Shown piece by piece: positions 26,626 through 36,084 of a stretch of 64,000 bases of DNA. Source of the stretch: Deltaproteobacteria bacterium (GTDB lineage Bacteria; Desulfobacterota; BSN033; UBA1163); NCBI GenBank assembly GCA_018333535.1, contig JAGXTA010000033.1, forward strand, positions 10,626 to 74,625. Reading direction: 5' to 3'. A model generated the notes under the pieces. That model searched no databases. It was not told the origin of the DNA and was given only the letters and a program-made list of their open reading frames with translations. A program made the position numbers and the translations under genes. Numbering within the stretch: the stretch's first letter is position 1; every line of letters starts with the position of its first letter.

Positions 26626-28722
26626 ATGAAACGATTTGAACCGGACCACATCCGCAATATCGGAACCTTTGGACATGGCGGAGAGGGGAAAACCTCCCTG
26701 GTTGAAGCCATCCTCTTCAATACGGGAGAGAATACACGCCTGGGAAAGGTGGATGATGGCTCCTCTTTGATGGATTTTGAGCCGGAAGAGATCAACCGGA
26801 AGATCAGCATCAGCGCCTCGCTTGCCCATTTCGAATGGGACAAACACCGGTTTTATCTCATTGATACCCCCGGGTATGCCAACTTCATCGCAGAGGCAAA
26901 GGCCTCGATGAGGGTTGTGGATGGAGCAGTGATTGTTGTCGGCGGAAATTCGGAAGTGAAGGTCCAGACCGAGACGGTATGGGGGTATGCAAATGAGTTT
27001 CAGGTTCCCCGGATTCTCTATGTGAGCAAGATGGATACGGAGCGGGCCGATTTCTTGAAGGTGGTGGAGGATGTGAAGAAACGCTTTCCTTCTCAGTCTG
27101 CTGTTCCCGTCCAACTCCCCATCGGAGGGGAAAAGAGTTTCAGGGGAGTGGTCGATCTGATTGAGAAAAAAGCCTATCTCTACCGGGAGGACGGAAGCGG
27201 GCAGTTCGAATTGAAGGAGGTTCCCTCCGAATTGAAAGAAGAGGTGGACCGGCTTCGCGAAAAGATGATCGAAGCTGTGGTAGAAATGGACGATCAACTG
27301 ATGGAGAAGTATCTCGAGTCAGGGGAGGTCTCCAATGAAGAGATCCTGCGGTGTCTCCGGAAGGGGACGATAGAGAAAAAGTTGGTGCCGGCCGTCTGCG
27401 GCTCCTCCACCCGAAATATTGGAAGCCAACCCCTTCTTGACCTGATGATTCGCTGTTTTCCTTCGCCTCAGGAGAGAGGAGCAGTTCAGGTTAAGGATGT
27501 GAAGACCGGAGAGGTTGCTTCGAGGGAACCGAAAGAAGATGGACCTCTCTCGGCTTTCATTTTTAAAACGATTGCCGATCCTTTTGCAGGGAAGTTGAGC
27601 CTCTTCAGGGTCTATTCCGGGAGCCTCAATGCCGATTCGACTGTTTACAATTCGAAAAGAGATGTCAAGGAGAGGATCGGCCAGATCTACCTGCTGGAAG
27701 GGAAGAAACAGAAACCTGTGGGATTCGCCGGCGTGGGGGATATCGTGGCCGTGGCTAAGTTGAAAGAGACAACTACCGGCGATACTTTCAGTGATGAAAA
27801 AAAACCTGTTGTTTTTGAAGAAACCAAATTGCCCCTTCCCATGATCTCCTATGCGCTTACCCCCAAGTCCAAAGGGGATGAAGAGAAGATTGCGGCCTCC
27901 CTTGCCCGGATTCATGAGGAAGACCCGACGACCATGGTGGGCAGAGATGAGCAGACCGGAGAGATTCTTCTTTCCGGAGTAGGACAGACGCATGTGGAGG
28001 TGGTGGTTGAGAAGTTGAAGAGGAAGTTTGGCGTTGAGGTGAACCTGAGCACTCCAAAGGTTCCCTATAAGGAGACGATCCGCGGATCGAAACAGGGAAT
28101 CATCTATCGCCACAAAAAACAGACCGGCGGAAGAGGGCAGTTTGCCGAAGTCCATTTCGATGTCTCCTCTCTTCCCAGGGGAGGAGGATTCGAATTTGAG
28201 AACGGACTTGTGGGAATGAATGTGCCGAGAAACTTTGTTCCAGCCGTGGAAAAGGGGATTGCCGAGGCCATGCAGAGCGGCGTTCTTGCAGGTTTTCCCG
28301 TGGTTGATGTGAAAGTCCGGTTTTACGACGGAAAGTCCCATGAGGTCGATTCTTCGGAAATGGCCTTTAAGCTTGCGGCGATCATGTGCTTCAAAAATGG
28401 AGTCAAGGAAGCCAGTCCCGTATTGCTTGAGCCGATCATGAAGGTCGAGGTGACCGCCCCGGATGAGAACATCGGCGATGTGATCGGCGATCTGAACAGC
28501 CGCAGAGGGAGAGTCATCAAAGTGGATGCAAAGGGAAATTACCAGGCGATCCAGGCCAATGTCCCCATGTCCGAAATGCTTAAATATGCGCCGGACCTGA
28601 ACTCCAAAACGGGCGGAAGAGGAACCTTTACCATGGAGTTCTCCCATTACGAGGAGGTGCCCGCTCAGATAGCCGAGAAGGTGATCGCCCAGGCTAAGAA
28701 GGATAAAGAGAAGGAAGATTAA
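26626..28722 (+). CDS. elongation factor G paralogue (EF-G2-like)
   Basis: ATG at 26626 with AAAGGAG upstream. Five-domain EF-G layout, but G1 reads GHGGEGKTS and G3 reads DTPGY rather than DTPGH; 698 aa. Confidence 0.85.
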   Translation: MKRFEPDHIRNIGTFGHGGEGKTSLVEAILFNTGENTRLGKVDDGSSLMDFEPEEINRKISISASLAHFEWDKHRFYLIDTPGYANFIAEAKASMRVVDGAVIVVGGNSEVKVQTETVWGYANEFQVPRILYVSKMDTERADFLKVVEDVKKRFPSQSAVPVQLPIGGEKSFRGVVDLIEKKAYLYREDGSGQFELKEVPSELKEEVDRLREKMIEAVVEMDDQLMEKYLESGEVSNEEILRCLRKGTIEKKLVPAVCGSSTRNIGSQPLLDLMIRCFPSPQERGAVQVKDVKTGEVASREPKEDGPLSAFIFKTIADPFAGKLSLFRVYSGSLNADSTVYNSKRDVKERIGQIYLLEGKKQKPVGFAGVGDIVAVAKLKETTTGDTFSDEKKPVVFEETKLPLPMISYALTPKSKGDEEKIAASLARIHEEDPTTMVGRDEQTGEILLSGVGQTHVEVVVEKLKRKFGVEVNLSTPKVPYKETIRGSKQGIIYRHKKQTGGRGQFAEVHFDVSSLPRGGGFEFENGLVGMNVPRNFVPAVEKGIAEAMQSGVLAGFPVVDVKVRFYDGKSHEVDSSEMAFKLAAIMCFKNGVKEASPVLLEPIMKVEVTAPDENIGDVIGDLNSRRGRVIKVDAKGNYQAIQANVPMSEMLKYAPDLNSKTGGRGTFTMEFSHYEEVPAQIAEKVIAQAKKDKEKED

Positions 28723-28730
28723 TCACGAAA

Positions 28731-28858
28731 AGTTGAAATTTCAAATGTCAAAATCCAAATACCTAAGAAATGTCAAAATAGCTTAATGTTAAAAAACTTT
28801 TTGACATTTGGATTTTGGGCTTAATTTGAGCTTTGAACTTTGACATTTGGAATTTTGG
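28731..28858. repeat. CAAATGTCAAA / ATCCAAA word repeat cluster
   Basis: TTCAAATGTCAAAATCCAAAT ... TTTGACATTTGGATTTTGGG ... CTTTGAACTTTGACATTTGGAATTTTGG. The same words recur at 29312-29343 and 55641-55775. Confidence 0.6.
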
Positions 28859-28864
28859 TGTATC

Positions 28865-29311
28865 ATGAGGGCTGTCATCCAGAGAGTTAAGTCCGCTGAG
28901 GTTCTGGTGGATGGCCATGTGTCCGGCAGGATTGGCAAAGGCCTTCTGGTTTTTGTCGGCGTGGCCAAGGGCGATGGCGAGAGCGATCTCTCCTTTCTCA
29001 CTTCCAAAATACCTGAGCTCAGAATCTTCGAAGATCAATCCGAAAAATTCAACCTTTCCCTGAAAGAGATCGGAGGAGAAATATTGGTCGTCTCCCAGTT
29101 TACCCTCTATGGCGATTGCCGGAAGGGAAGAAGGCCCTCCTTCACAGAAGCAGAAGATCCCATTCTTGCAAGAGACCTCTACGAACGATTCATCCTTAGA
29201 TTGAAGGAACAGAACATCCCGGTCCAGACAGGGGAGTTCCAGGCCAAGATGGAGGTTTGCCTCGTCAATGACGGGCCTGTCACACTTATACTGGAGAGTA
29301 GAAGGGGTTGA
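28865..29311 (+). CDS. dtd: D-aminoacyl-tRNA deacylase
   Basis: MRAVIQRVKSAEV start and SQFTLYGD...KGRRPSF motif; 148 aa. Confidence 0.9.
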   Translation: MRAVIQRVKSAEVLVDGHVSGRIGKGLLVFVGVAKGDGESDLSFLTSKIPELRIFEDQSEKFNLSLKEIGGEILVVSQFTLYGDCRKGRRPSFTEAEDPILARDLYERFILRLKEQNIPVQTGEFQAKMEVCLVNDGPVTLILESRRG

Positions 29312-29372
29312 AGTCCAAAGTTCAAAACCCAAATGTCAAATGACTGGATTCCTGCTTCTGCAGGAATGACAA
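29312..29372. repeat. word repeat plus GGATTCCTGC...GCAGGAATG hairpin repeat
   Basis: AGTCCAAAGTTCAAAACCCAAATGTCAAATGA is followed by CTGGATTCCTGCTTCTGCAGGAATGAC. The hairpin type recurs at 22845-22870 and 58978-59042. Confidence 0.55.
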
Positions 29373-29480
29373 TCATTATCTATGAAAAGGCAATTTTACC
29401 TCCCCCTTTTAATCGGCCTTTTAATCTTCACGAGTCTTTTTTATGAAGCCGAAGGCCTTGGAGAAAGAAAGGAGAAAGGG

Positions 29481-30890
29481 ATGCGAGAGGTCAGGGAGCC
29501 TGCGGTTTCAGGGATGTTCTATCCCGACAAACCGGATATCCTATCCAGGGATGTTAAAAAATATTTGGAGAATGCAAAGAAAGAAAAGATTGACGGCGAG
29601 GTCATTGCGCTTGTCTCACCCCACGCAGGGTATATGTATTCGGGGCAGGTGGCAGCCCATGCTTATAAATTGATCGAGGGAAAGACCTTCGATTCGGTTG
29701 TGGTCGTTTCACCCAGCCACCGGGTTGACTTTAAAGGGGCCTCCCTCTATGACCGTGGAGGATACCGGACTCCACTGGGTGTTGTTCCCATCGATGTTGA
29801 ATTGTCAAAGAGGATGATGGAGAGATGGAATGGGATTCGGTTTCTTCCGGAAGCCCATGGTCAGGAACATTCCCTGGAGGTTCAGATTCCATTTCTTCAG
29901 GTCGTTTTAAAGTCGTTCAAACTCATCCCCATTGTGATGGAGCCCTACTGGAGCCGCGAAACCTGCCAGTTGCTTGCACAGGCCATCGCCGATACGATCA
30001 GAGGGAAGAATGTGTTGCTCATCGCCAGCACAGACCTCTCCCATTTCCACTCCTATGAAAAGGCCGTGCAATTGGATAAAATTGTCCTCGGACATCTTGG
30101 ACGGTTCGATGCGGAAGGTTTGAATCGTGATTTGAAAGAAGGCCGCTGTGAAGCCTGCGGCGGAGGGCCTGTCATTACGGTGATGTTAGCGGCAAAGGCA
30201 TTGGGAGCAACACGGGGCAAGGTTCTCAAATATCTCAATTCAGGAGATGTGACAGGAGACCGGAGCCGCGTGGTGGGGTATGCGGCGGCCGTCTTTTATA
30301 AGGCGGCAGGAGGAGAAGAGAAGATGAAAGGAGAAAAAAAAGCCGGTATTGATCTGGGATTGAGCGGGGATGAGAAGAAAACTCTTCAACAGATTGCAAA
30401 GACAGTCATTGAGAATAAAACAAAAGGAAAGCCCATCCCTGAATTTAAGATAGACTCTCCGGTTTTAAAAGAGAACAGGGGAGCTTTTGTCTCGCTCCAT
30501 AAGAAAGGGCAACTGAGGGGATGTATCGGTTATATCGAGGGCAAGGGCCCTCTTCATAAGACGATCGAAGAGATGGCTGAAGCAGCCGCATTCCGCGACC
30601 CCCGATTTGCACCCGTGACGGAAAAGGAGCTGTCCGAACTCGACATTGAGATCTCCGTCCTCACTCCGCTTAAGAAAATCACAGATGTCAATGAGATCGA
30701 AGTCGGCAAGCACGGGATCTATATCAAGAAGGGATGGTACTCCGGCCTTCTCCTTCCACAGGTGGCTACGGAATACGGATGGGACCGGAAAACCTTTCTC
30801 GAACATACCTGCCAGAAGGCAGGGCTTCCCTCCGGTGCGTGGAAAGACAAGGATGTAGAGATCTATATCTTCTCGGCGGATATTTTCTGA
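29481..30890 (+). CDS. Memo-like (AmmeMemoRadiSam protein B) fused to AMMECR1 domain (protein A)
   Basis: N-terminal half has EPAVSGMFYP and SPHAGYMYSG (Memo). C-terminal half has GAFVSLHKKGQLRGCIGYIEG and FRDPRF (AMMECR1). Start set at the internal ATG (MREVREP) because AAGGAG lies 7 nt upstream. The ATG at 29382 has no SD. Confidence 0.8.
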   Translation: MREVREPAVSGMFYPDKPDILSRDVKKYLENAKKEKIDGEVIALVSPHAGYMYSGQVAAHAYKLIEGKTFDSVVVVSPSHRVDFKGASLYDRGGYRTPLGVVPIDVELSKRMMERWNGIRFLPEAHGQEHSLEVQIPFLQVVLKSFKLIPIVMEPYWSRETCQLLAQAIADTIRGKNVLLIASTDLSHFHSYEKAVQLDKIVLGHLGRFDAEGLNRDLKEGRCEACGGGPVITVMLAAKALGATRGKVLKYLNSGDVTGDRSRVVGYAAAVFYKAAGGEEKMKGEKKAGIDLGLSGDEKKTLQQIAKTVIENKTKGKPIPEFKIDSPVLKENRGAFVSLHKKGQLRGCIGYIEGKGPLHKTIEEMAEAAAFRDPRFAPVTEKELSELDIEISVLTPLKKITDVNEIEVGKHGIYIKKGWYSGLLLPQVATEYGWDRKTFLEHTCQKAGLPSGAWKDKDVEIYIFSADIF

Positions 30891-30906
30891 AGGATCACTC
30901 TTTCCT

Positions 30907-32760
30907 TTAAGGGATGGCGAACAAGTATAAGGCTAAATAAAGTAAGAAAGAAAAAAGGATGAGGATGATAGAAGCGCCCAGGGTCAATCCTGGCAACTCC
31001 CCGGGGTATTTTCTCTTCTCCTCCTCCAGCGCCTGCTCGCAAACGTCTGTGCTCACCGATTTCGCCAGGCGCCTTTTACCCGCCAAGAGCATCTCTTTTT
31101 TCTTTATCTCAAAGGCCGCCGCAGGATTTTTGCTGAACCAGATGAGAGCCCTTGCCGCGTTCAGGACAAATCGGTCCACAAAATTGGCAAAAGTCATCAA
31201 CGGTTTCTCGCAAAACCATATGATTCTCTCCCCGGCTTTTCGATAGAACCAATCCGTATCGAGCGTTATGGTAGGCTCGCCATGAAGTCTTTTTCTTAAC
31301 AACCAGAATGCGACAAAGGTAAAAAGAAGAAGTTGGGACATGGCAACCAGATGAGCAGGGGCATAGGGTTCATAGTGAACCGGATAAGGGAGCATATCGT
31401 AAAGAATTTTGGGATAGACGCCAATCAGGGTGCAAAAAAAGGCGGTGATTCCCATGGCCACGAGCATATTCCAAGGCGGTTCTTTCGCCTTGCAAGCTGG
31501 TTCTCCCTTGGCAAACCAGACACCCCATGGTAGTTTCAGTCCCGTGTGAAGGAAGGTACCGATGGAAGCGCCTTCGAGCATCAACCATATGATTGGCAGG
31601 TGCCACATTGCCGAGGCCTGGACCACCATGGTCTTGCTCACAAATCCATTGAATAAAGGAAATCCTGAGATCGAATAGGCCCCCACCATATAGAGATGGA
31701 AAGTAATGGGCATATACTTGTAGATGCCTCCCAGTTCGGTGAGTTTACTCTTTCCCGTCACCTCAAGGACGGCGCCAGCGCCCATAAAAAGGAGGGCCTT
31801 ATAGAGGATGTGGGAAAAGGCGTGGGCCACGGCGCCATTGAACGCCATTTCTCCAGCAGGCGTGCCAACGACCCCCATGCCCACCCCACAGACCATATAA
31901 CCTACCTGGGAAATGATGTGGTAGGCTAAAAGCCTCCGGATATCATTCTCCAGTACGGCGAAAACGACGCCATATACGGCCATGATTGCGCCTAACCATA
32001 TGAGGAGTTCTACACCCGGGAAACCCCTGAGCAGCACATAGATCGCACTCTTTGTGGTAAAGGCGGTTAAGAACACTGCTCCAGTAACCGTTGCTTCGGG
32101 ATAGGCATCCGACAACCATGCATGCAAGGGAGGAACGGCGGCATTGATGATAAAGGCGAGGAGGATCAGGTAAGAGGACAGATTCGTCCAATTCAGCCCC
32201 ACTCCCCACTGGAAGGTTTCAAAAGCAATCGAACCCGTGGTTTGGACATGTAAGAAAATCCCTCCAAGCAAACAGGCCCCACCGAAAAAATGAACGAGAA
32301 TATATCGCAGGCCGGCCCCGAAGGATGCTTTGGTCTTCCGGTACCAGATGAGGAAGAGAGCAGACCAGGCCATGATTTCCCAGAAGAAGAACAGGGTGAG
32401 AAGGTCGCCTGAAAAAACAACCCCCAGGGCGCTTCCGACATAAAGATACGCTACGATATGTTGCCCATCCTCTTTGACATGTAATGCGAAAAGCATCATG
32501 CAAAAGGATGCGATAACAAAGACATAGGCGAAGACAGTGCTTAAGGGGTCAATCCTGCCCAGAACGAGATCGTAGCCTAAGAAAGAGAGAGACCAGGTTT
32601 TCCCTTCTGAGAGAAATACCCCCTTCGATATCAACAGGAGGTTGATGAACGCCAGGGCAGGGATGAAGAGGAGGTAGACCTTCTTGAGCGTCCCCCTGAA
32701 GAAGGGAATCAAAGCGGATCCAAGGATGTAGATCAGGCCAGGATGGAACCAATCAATCAT
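30907..32760 (-). CDS. Mrp/Nuo antiporter-like large subunit with C-terminal lateral-helix-like extension (NuoL/MrpA-N-like)
   Basis: 617 aa. It has a proton-conducting antiporter core, then a ~110-aa amphipathic stretch (FEIKKKEMLLAGKRRLAKS...EEEKRKYPGE) that ends in one more TM helix, like the NuoL HL helix. The start overlaps the preceding ORF stop as ATGA. Confidence 0.75.
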   Translation of the reverse strand: MIDWFHPGLIYILGSALIPFFRGTLKKVYLLFIPALAFINLLLISKGVFLSEGKTWSLSFLGYDLVLGRIDPLSTVFAYVFVIASFCMMLFALHVKEDGQHIVAYLYVGSALGVVFSGDLLTLFFFWEIMAWSALFLIWYRKTKASFGAGLRYILVHFFGGACLLGGIFLHVQTTGSIAFETFQWGVGLNWTNLSSYLILLAFIINAAVPPLHAWLSDAYPEATVTGAVFLTAFTTKSAIYVLLRGFPGVELLIWLGAIMAVYGVVFAVLENDIRRLLAYHIISQVGYMVCGVGMGVVGTPAGEMAFNGAVAHAFSHILYKALLFMGAGAVLEVTGKSKLTELGGIYKYMPITFHLYMVGAYSISGFPLFNGFVSKTMVVQASAMWHLPIIWLMLEGASIGTFLHTGLKLPWGVWFAKGEPACKAKEPPWNMLVAMGITAFFCTLIGVYPKILYDMLPYPVHYEPYAPAHLVAMSQLLLFTFVAFWLLRKRLHGEPTITLDTDWFYRKAGERIIWFCEKPLMTFANFVDRFVLNAARALIWFSKNPAAAFEIKKKEMLLAGKRRLAKSVSTDVCEQALEEEKRKYPGELPGLTLGASIILILFSFLLYLALYLFAIP

Positions 32761-33017
32761 GAATCTCTGCTCCTGATGGTTTCAGGTTTATCATAGTAGT
32801 CCTCTTCTTTCTGGAGCCAGCGATGTCCCAGCGCCTTTGACCCGAGGATGATCAGAATGCAACCGATAAAACCATACAACGCACTGAAAACCGGCAAATT
32901 CTCCCAAACAAAGTAATGATGGGGAGACAGATAGAAGTGGACCCCAAAACCGGCGAGAATACTTAAGAAAAGGCATCCGTAAAGTATTCGAAACAGGTGT
33001 TTCATCGTTCCTTTCAT
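32757..33017 (-). CDS. small 2-TM membrane protein inside the mrp-like operon
   Basis: 86 aa with AGGAG 4 nt upstream and two hydrophobic helices. Translationally coupled to the next gene. Confidence 0.55.
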   Translation of the reverse strand: MKGTMKHLFRILYGCLFLSILAGFGVHFYLSPHHYFVWENLPVFSALYGFIGCILIILGSKALGHRWLQKEEDYYDKPETIRSRDS

Positions 33018-33026
33018 ATTCTCCTC

Positions 33027-34523
33027 TCAATGGCTTAAGGCGAGGTTCGCCATATGGAGCAAAGCCTCCGAAACAGGGTTTGGAAAATAGAAGATGATCG
33101 AAAAAAGAGCGGTGATGCTCAGCGGGATGATCATGAATAATGGGGCTTCCTTGATCCTCTTACTTCCCTTCCAATTCGAATCCATCCCCTCCGCATTTCC
33201 GAAGAACGCCGTATAGACAATCGGGAAGAAATAGACGACGTCTAAAAGGGAGCTGATGAGGAGTACAGCCAGGAAGATAAGATTGCCGTTTTGCAGGGCC
33301 CCCAATCCGAGGAACCATTTGCTGATAAATCCGGCTGTGGCAGGCATGCCACACATGCCGAAGGCCCCCACGGTGAAGGCGAACATCGTCACTGGCATCC
33401 TCCTTCCAATCCCCGCCATCTCGCTGATATTTTTCTTTCCTGAGGCGACCAGAATTGAGCCGGCGCAGAGAAAGAGGGTGATCTTCATAAATCCATGAAG
33501 GGGGATGTGGATCATGGCGCCGGTGACGCCCATGGGGCTCAATAGCGCAACGCCGAAGATGATGTAGGAGAGCTGGCTGATGGTGGAATAGGCCAGCCTC
33601 TTTTTCAAATTGTCTTGAGCAATCGCAAAGAGAGAAGCGCCGATCATCGTCACGGCGGCGAATGAGGCGAGCATCACCCCCAGCCCGAGTTCCCCCATGG
33701 TGTCTGTTCCATACACATAGCACACGATCCTGACAATTCCGAAAACACCGGCCTTGACGACCGCAACGGCATGCAACAGGGCGCTGACCGGGGTGGGAGC
33801 GACCATGGCCGTGGGGAGCCAGGAATGGCAGGGGATGTAGGCGGCCTTCATAAATCCCAGGAGAAAGAGAAGGAAGAGGATCATCAAGAAAGGCCGGGAG
33901 GCGGAAGCCAGCGTTAAATGGCCTCCGGGGTTGAAGTCGGTCGTCCCTGACACGGAATAGTCGAGGGCGATGGCAGCCAGCAAGAACACGCCTGAGGTCA
34001 GCAGGTAGGCGAGGTACTTCCGGCCCGCGAAGAGGGCCTCGGGCGATTCTTCGTGAACCACCAGAGGGTAGGTGGAGATGGTCAAGATTTCGTAAAAGAC
34101 ATACATCGTGATCAAATTGCCGGAGAGGGCGACGCCGACCGCGCCGAAGATCGCCAGGGCGAAGCAGAAGTAATATCTCGTTTGAGCGTGCTCTTGCAGG
34201 GCCCTCATATAGCCTATGGAAAAGATGGACACTATGATCCAGAGGAAGGAAGAGGTCATGGCGAACATGAGGCCAAAGGCGTCCACCTTAAATCCAAAAT
34301 TGATCCCTGGAAGCATTCCGGTCAAGAGGGTGTACTCAATTGTCTGTGCCCGTAAGATCATGGGCGCCATGGAGAGAATGATGGCAAATTGAAAGAGGCC
34401 TGCGATCAGGGTCCAGCTTTCCCTTAAGTTCGGCCGCCTGTTAGAGAGCAGGATGAGGAGGGCCGCAATCAGAGGGCAGGCAAGAGCCAATGCGGGTTTT
34501 ATGGATTCAACCGTTAGGATCAT
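33027..34523 (-). CDS. mrpD: Mrp antiporter subunit D-like (NuoM/N-like)
   Basis: Start at MILTVES, which overlaps the upstream gene stop as ATGA; 498 aa. Typical block: LSGNLITMYVFYEILTISTYPLVVH. The ORF-track N-terminal extension lies inside the previous gene. Confidence 0.85.
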   Translation of the reverse strand: MILTVESIKPALALACPLIAALLILLSNRRPNLRESWTLIAGLFQFAIILSMAPMILRAQTIEYTLLTGMLPGINFGFKVDAFGLMFAMTSSFLWIIVSIFSIGYMRALQEHAQTRYYFCFALAIFGAVGVALSGNLITMYVFYEILTISTYPLVVHEESPEALFAGRKYLAYLLTSGVFLLAAIALDYSVSGTTDFNPGGHLTLASASRPFLMILFLLFLLGFMKAAYIPCHSWLPTAMVAPTPVSALLHAVAVVKAGVFGIVRIVCYVYGTDTMGELGLGVMLASFAAVTMIGASLFAIAQDNLKKRLAYSTISQLSYIIFGVALLSPMGVTGAMIHIPLHGFMKITLFLCAGSILVASGKKNISEMAGIGRRMPVTMFAFTVGAFGMCGMPATAGFISKWFLGLGALQNGNLIFLAVLLISSLLDVVYFFPIVYTAFFGNAEGMDSNWKGSKRIKEAPLFMIIPLSITALFSIIFYFPNPVSEALLHMANLALSH

Positions 34524-36049
34524 GGAACCTTCCCCAATCCAAACATGAGATTGACCTGGTCGAGGATCGGGATCGGAATCTTCCCCAGCCACACGATGCC
34601 CATCACGATGCAAAGGGAGGACAAGAGAAGGATGGGAATCAACATGCCAAGGGGGATTTCCTCTCTCATCCCGTGAGAACCGTGAGAGGAGTGTCCGCCT
34701 TCTTCATGCTTCATATACATCGTTTCGATGACCCGCCAGAAATAGACCAGGTTCAGGAGGGAGCTGATCAAGAGCACGGCGACAAAGAAATAGTTTTTTA
34801 TCTCGATGGAGGCCAGGATGATGTAAAGCTTTGAGACGAATCCCGCGCTGGGCGGTATCCCGATCATTGAGATCGCCGCAAGCACAAAAGCGGCGCAGGT
34901 GTAAGGCATCTTCCTCGCCAATCCCCGGAACTCCGTGATATGCCACAAATTGGCCTTATAGATGAACGCTCCTGCGGCCAGAAAGAGGCAGCCTTTCATC
35001 AGGGCGTGGTTTGCGATATGCATCAGGGCGGGATTGAGCCCTCCCCATGGAGATTCAACGGCGGATAGGGAAATGCCCACGGCGAGCATGATGTAGCCCA
35101 TATTGGCGACGCTCGAATAGGCGAGCATCCGTTTCAGATTGACCTGGGTGATGGCCATTACAGACCCCATGAGGATCGCAGCCACAGCGACCCAGCAGAG
35201 GATATCAAAGACAGGCAGGAGCTTGAGAAACTCCAGGGTGAACACGGAAAAAGACACCCGGATGAAGGCATAGGTGGAAATTTCGATCATGATGCCGGAG
35301 AGCATGGCGCTGATTTCTGCGGGGGCAAACGCATGGGCATCCGGAAGCCAGGTATGGAAAGGGAAGAGCGCCATTTTAATGCTCAGTCCAACAATAAAAA
35401 AGACAAATGCCGCCTTCACCACTTTGTTCCCATAGAAGGGAGGCAGCAGAAGGGAAAGGTCGTGGATGTTGAGCGAACCCGTTACTGAGTAGAGACATCC
35501 TATCCCGAGGATGAAGAAACAGGTGCCGATCGACCCCAGGATCAGATAGGTAAAGCTCGCTTTGAGAGCAATCTTTCCCCTGGCCGCAATCAGGGCGTAA
35601 GCGGAGATGGAGAAGATCTCGATGAAGACAAACATATTAAAAATATCTCCGGTCAACGTCACCCCGCAAAGGCCTGCGATGAGAAGTTGAAAGAGCGTAT
35701 AGAAGGAGACCCTTTTCCCGGGGAGCTCATGCTCGATATTGCTTTTAGAATAGATGGCACAGGCAAGTGAGAGAAAGAGGAGGATGATGAGGATATAGGC
35801 GTTTAAGGAATCCACCACCAGTTCAATTCCCCAGGGCGGTTTCCATCCTCCCAGCCAGTAATGGATGGGGCCGTGAATCAGCACACGCCGGAGGATGATG
35901 AAGGACATGATGAACTGGGCCGTCAGGGTCAGCCAGAAGATGAAGATGCACGACTTCTTATTGAACCACCCGGCAACGAGAATGGTAAATGCGGAAAAGA
36001 GAGGGATGACAATGGTCAGAATAGGAAGGTGTTCAACAAAACCAGTCAT
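34520..36049 (-). CDS. mrpD: Mrp antiporter subunit D-like / MbhH-like
   Basis: 509 aa. LGGWKPPWGIELVVDSLN N-terminal signature and a 14-TM antiporter core. Confidence 0.85.
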   Translation of the reverse strand: MTGFVEHLPILTIVIPLFSAFTILVAGWFNKKSCIFIFWLTLTAQFIMSFIILRRVLIHGPIHYWLGGWKPPWGIELVVDSLNAYILIILLFLSLACAIYSKSNIEHELPGKRVSFYTLFQLLIAGLCGVTLTGDIFNMFVFIEIFSISAYALIAARGKIALKASFTYLILGSIGTCFFILGIGCLYSVTGSLNIHDLSLLLPPFYGNKVVKAAFVFFIVGLSIKMALFPFHTWLPDAHAFAPAEISAMLSGIMIEISTYAFIRVSFSVFTLEFLKLLPVFDILCWVAVAAILMGSVMAITQVNLKRMLAYSSVANMGYIMLAVGISLSAVESPWGGLNPALMHIANHALMKGCLFLAAGAFIYKANLWHITEFRGLARKMPYTCAAFVLAAISMIGIPPSAGFVSKLYIILASIEIKNYFFVAVLLISSLLNLVYFWRVIETMYMKHEEGGHSSHGSHGMREEIPLGMLIPILLLSSLCIVMGIVWLGKIPIPILDQVNLMFGLGKVP

Positions 36050-36084
36050 AGGATGAAGCGTTTAAAAAACCGGCTAATCCCGGC

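Noticed and set aside
26494-28647. 267-aa and 442-aa minus-strand ORFs
   Set aside because: Both are antisense to the EF-G paralogue, whose motifs are unambiguous. They are low-complexity R/G/H/L-rich products typical of shadow ORFs.
29382-29480. Apparent signal peptide (MKRQFYLPLLIGLLIFTSLF) on the Memo-AMMECR1 protein
   Set aside because: The ATG at 29382 has no SD. An internal ATG at 29481 is preceded by AAGGAG and gives the normal Memo N-terminus (EPAVSGMFYP). I therefore treat the secreted-fusion idea as an ORF-calling artefact, although it is not excluded.
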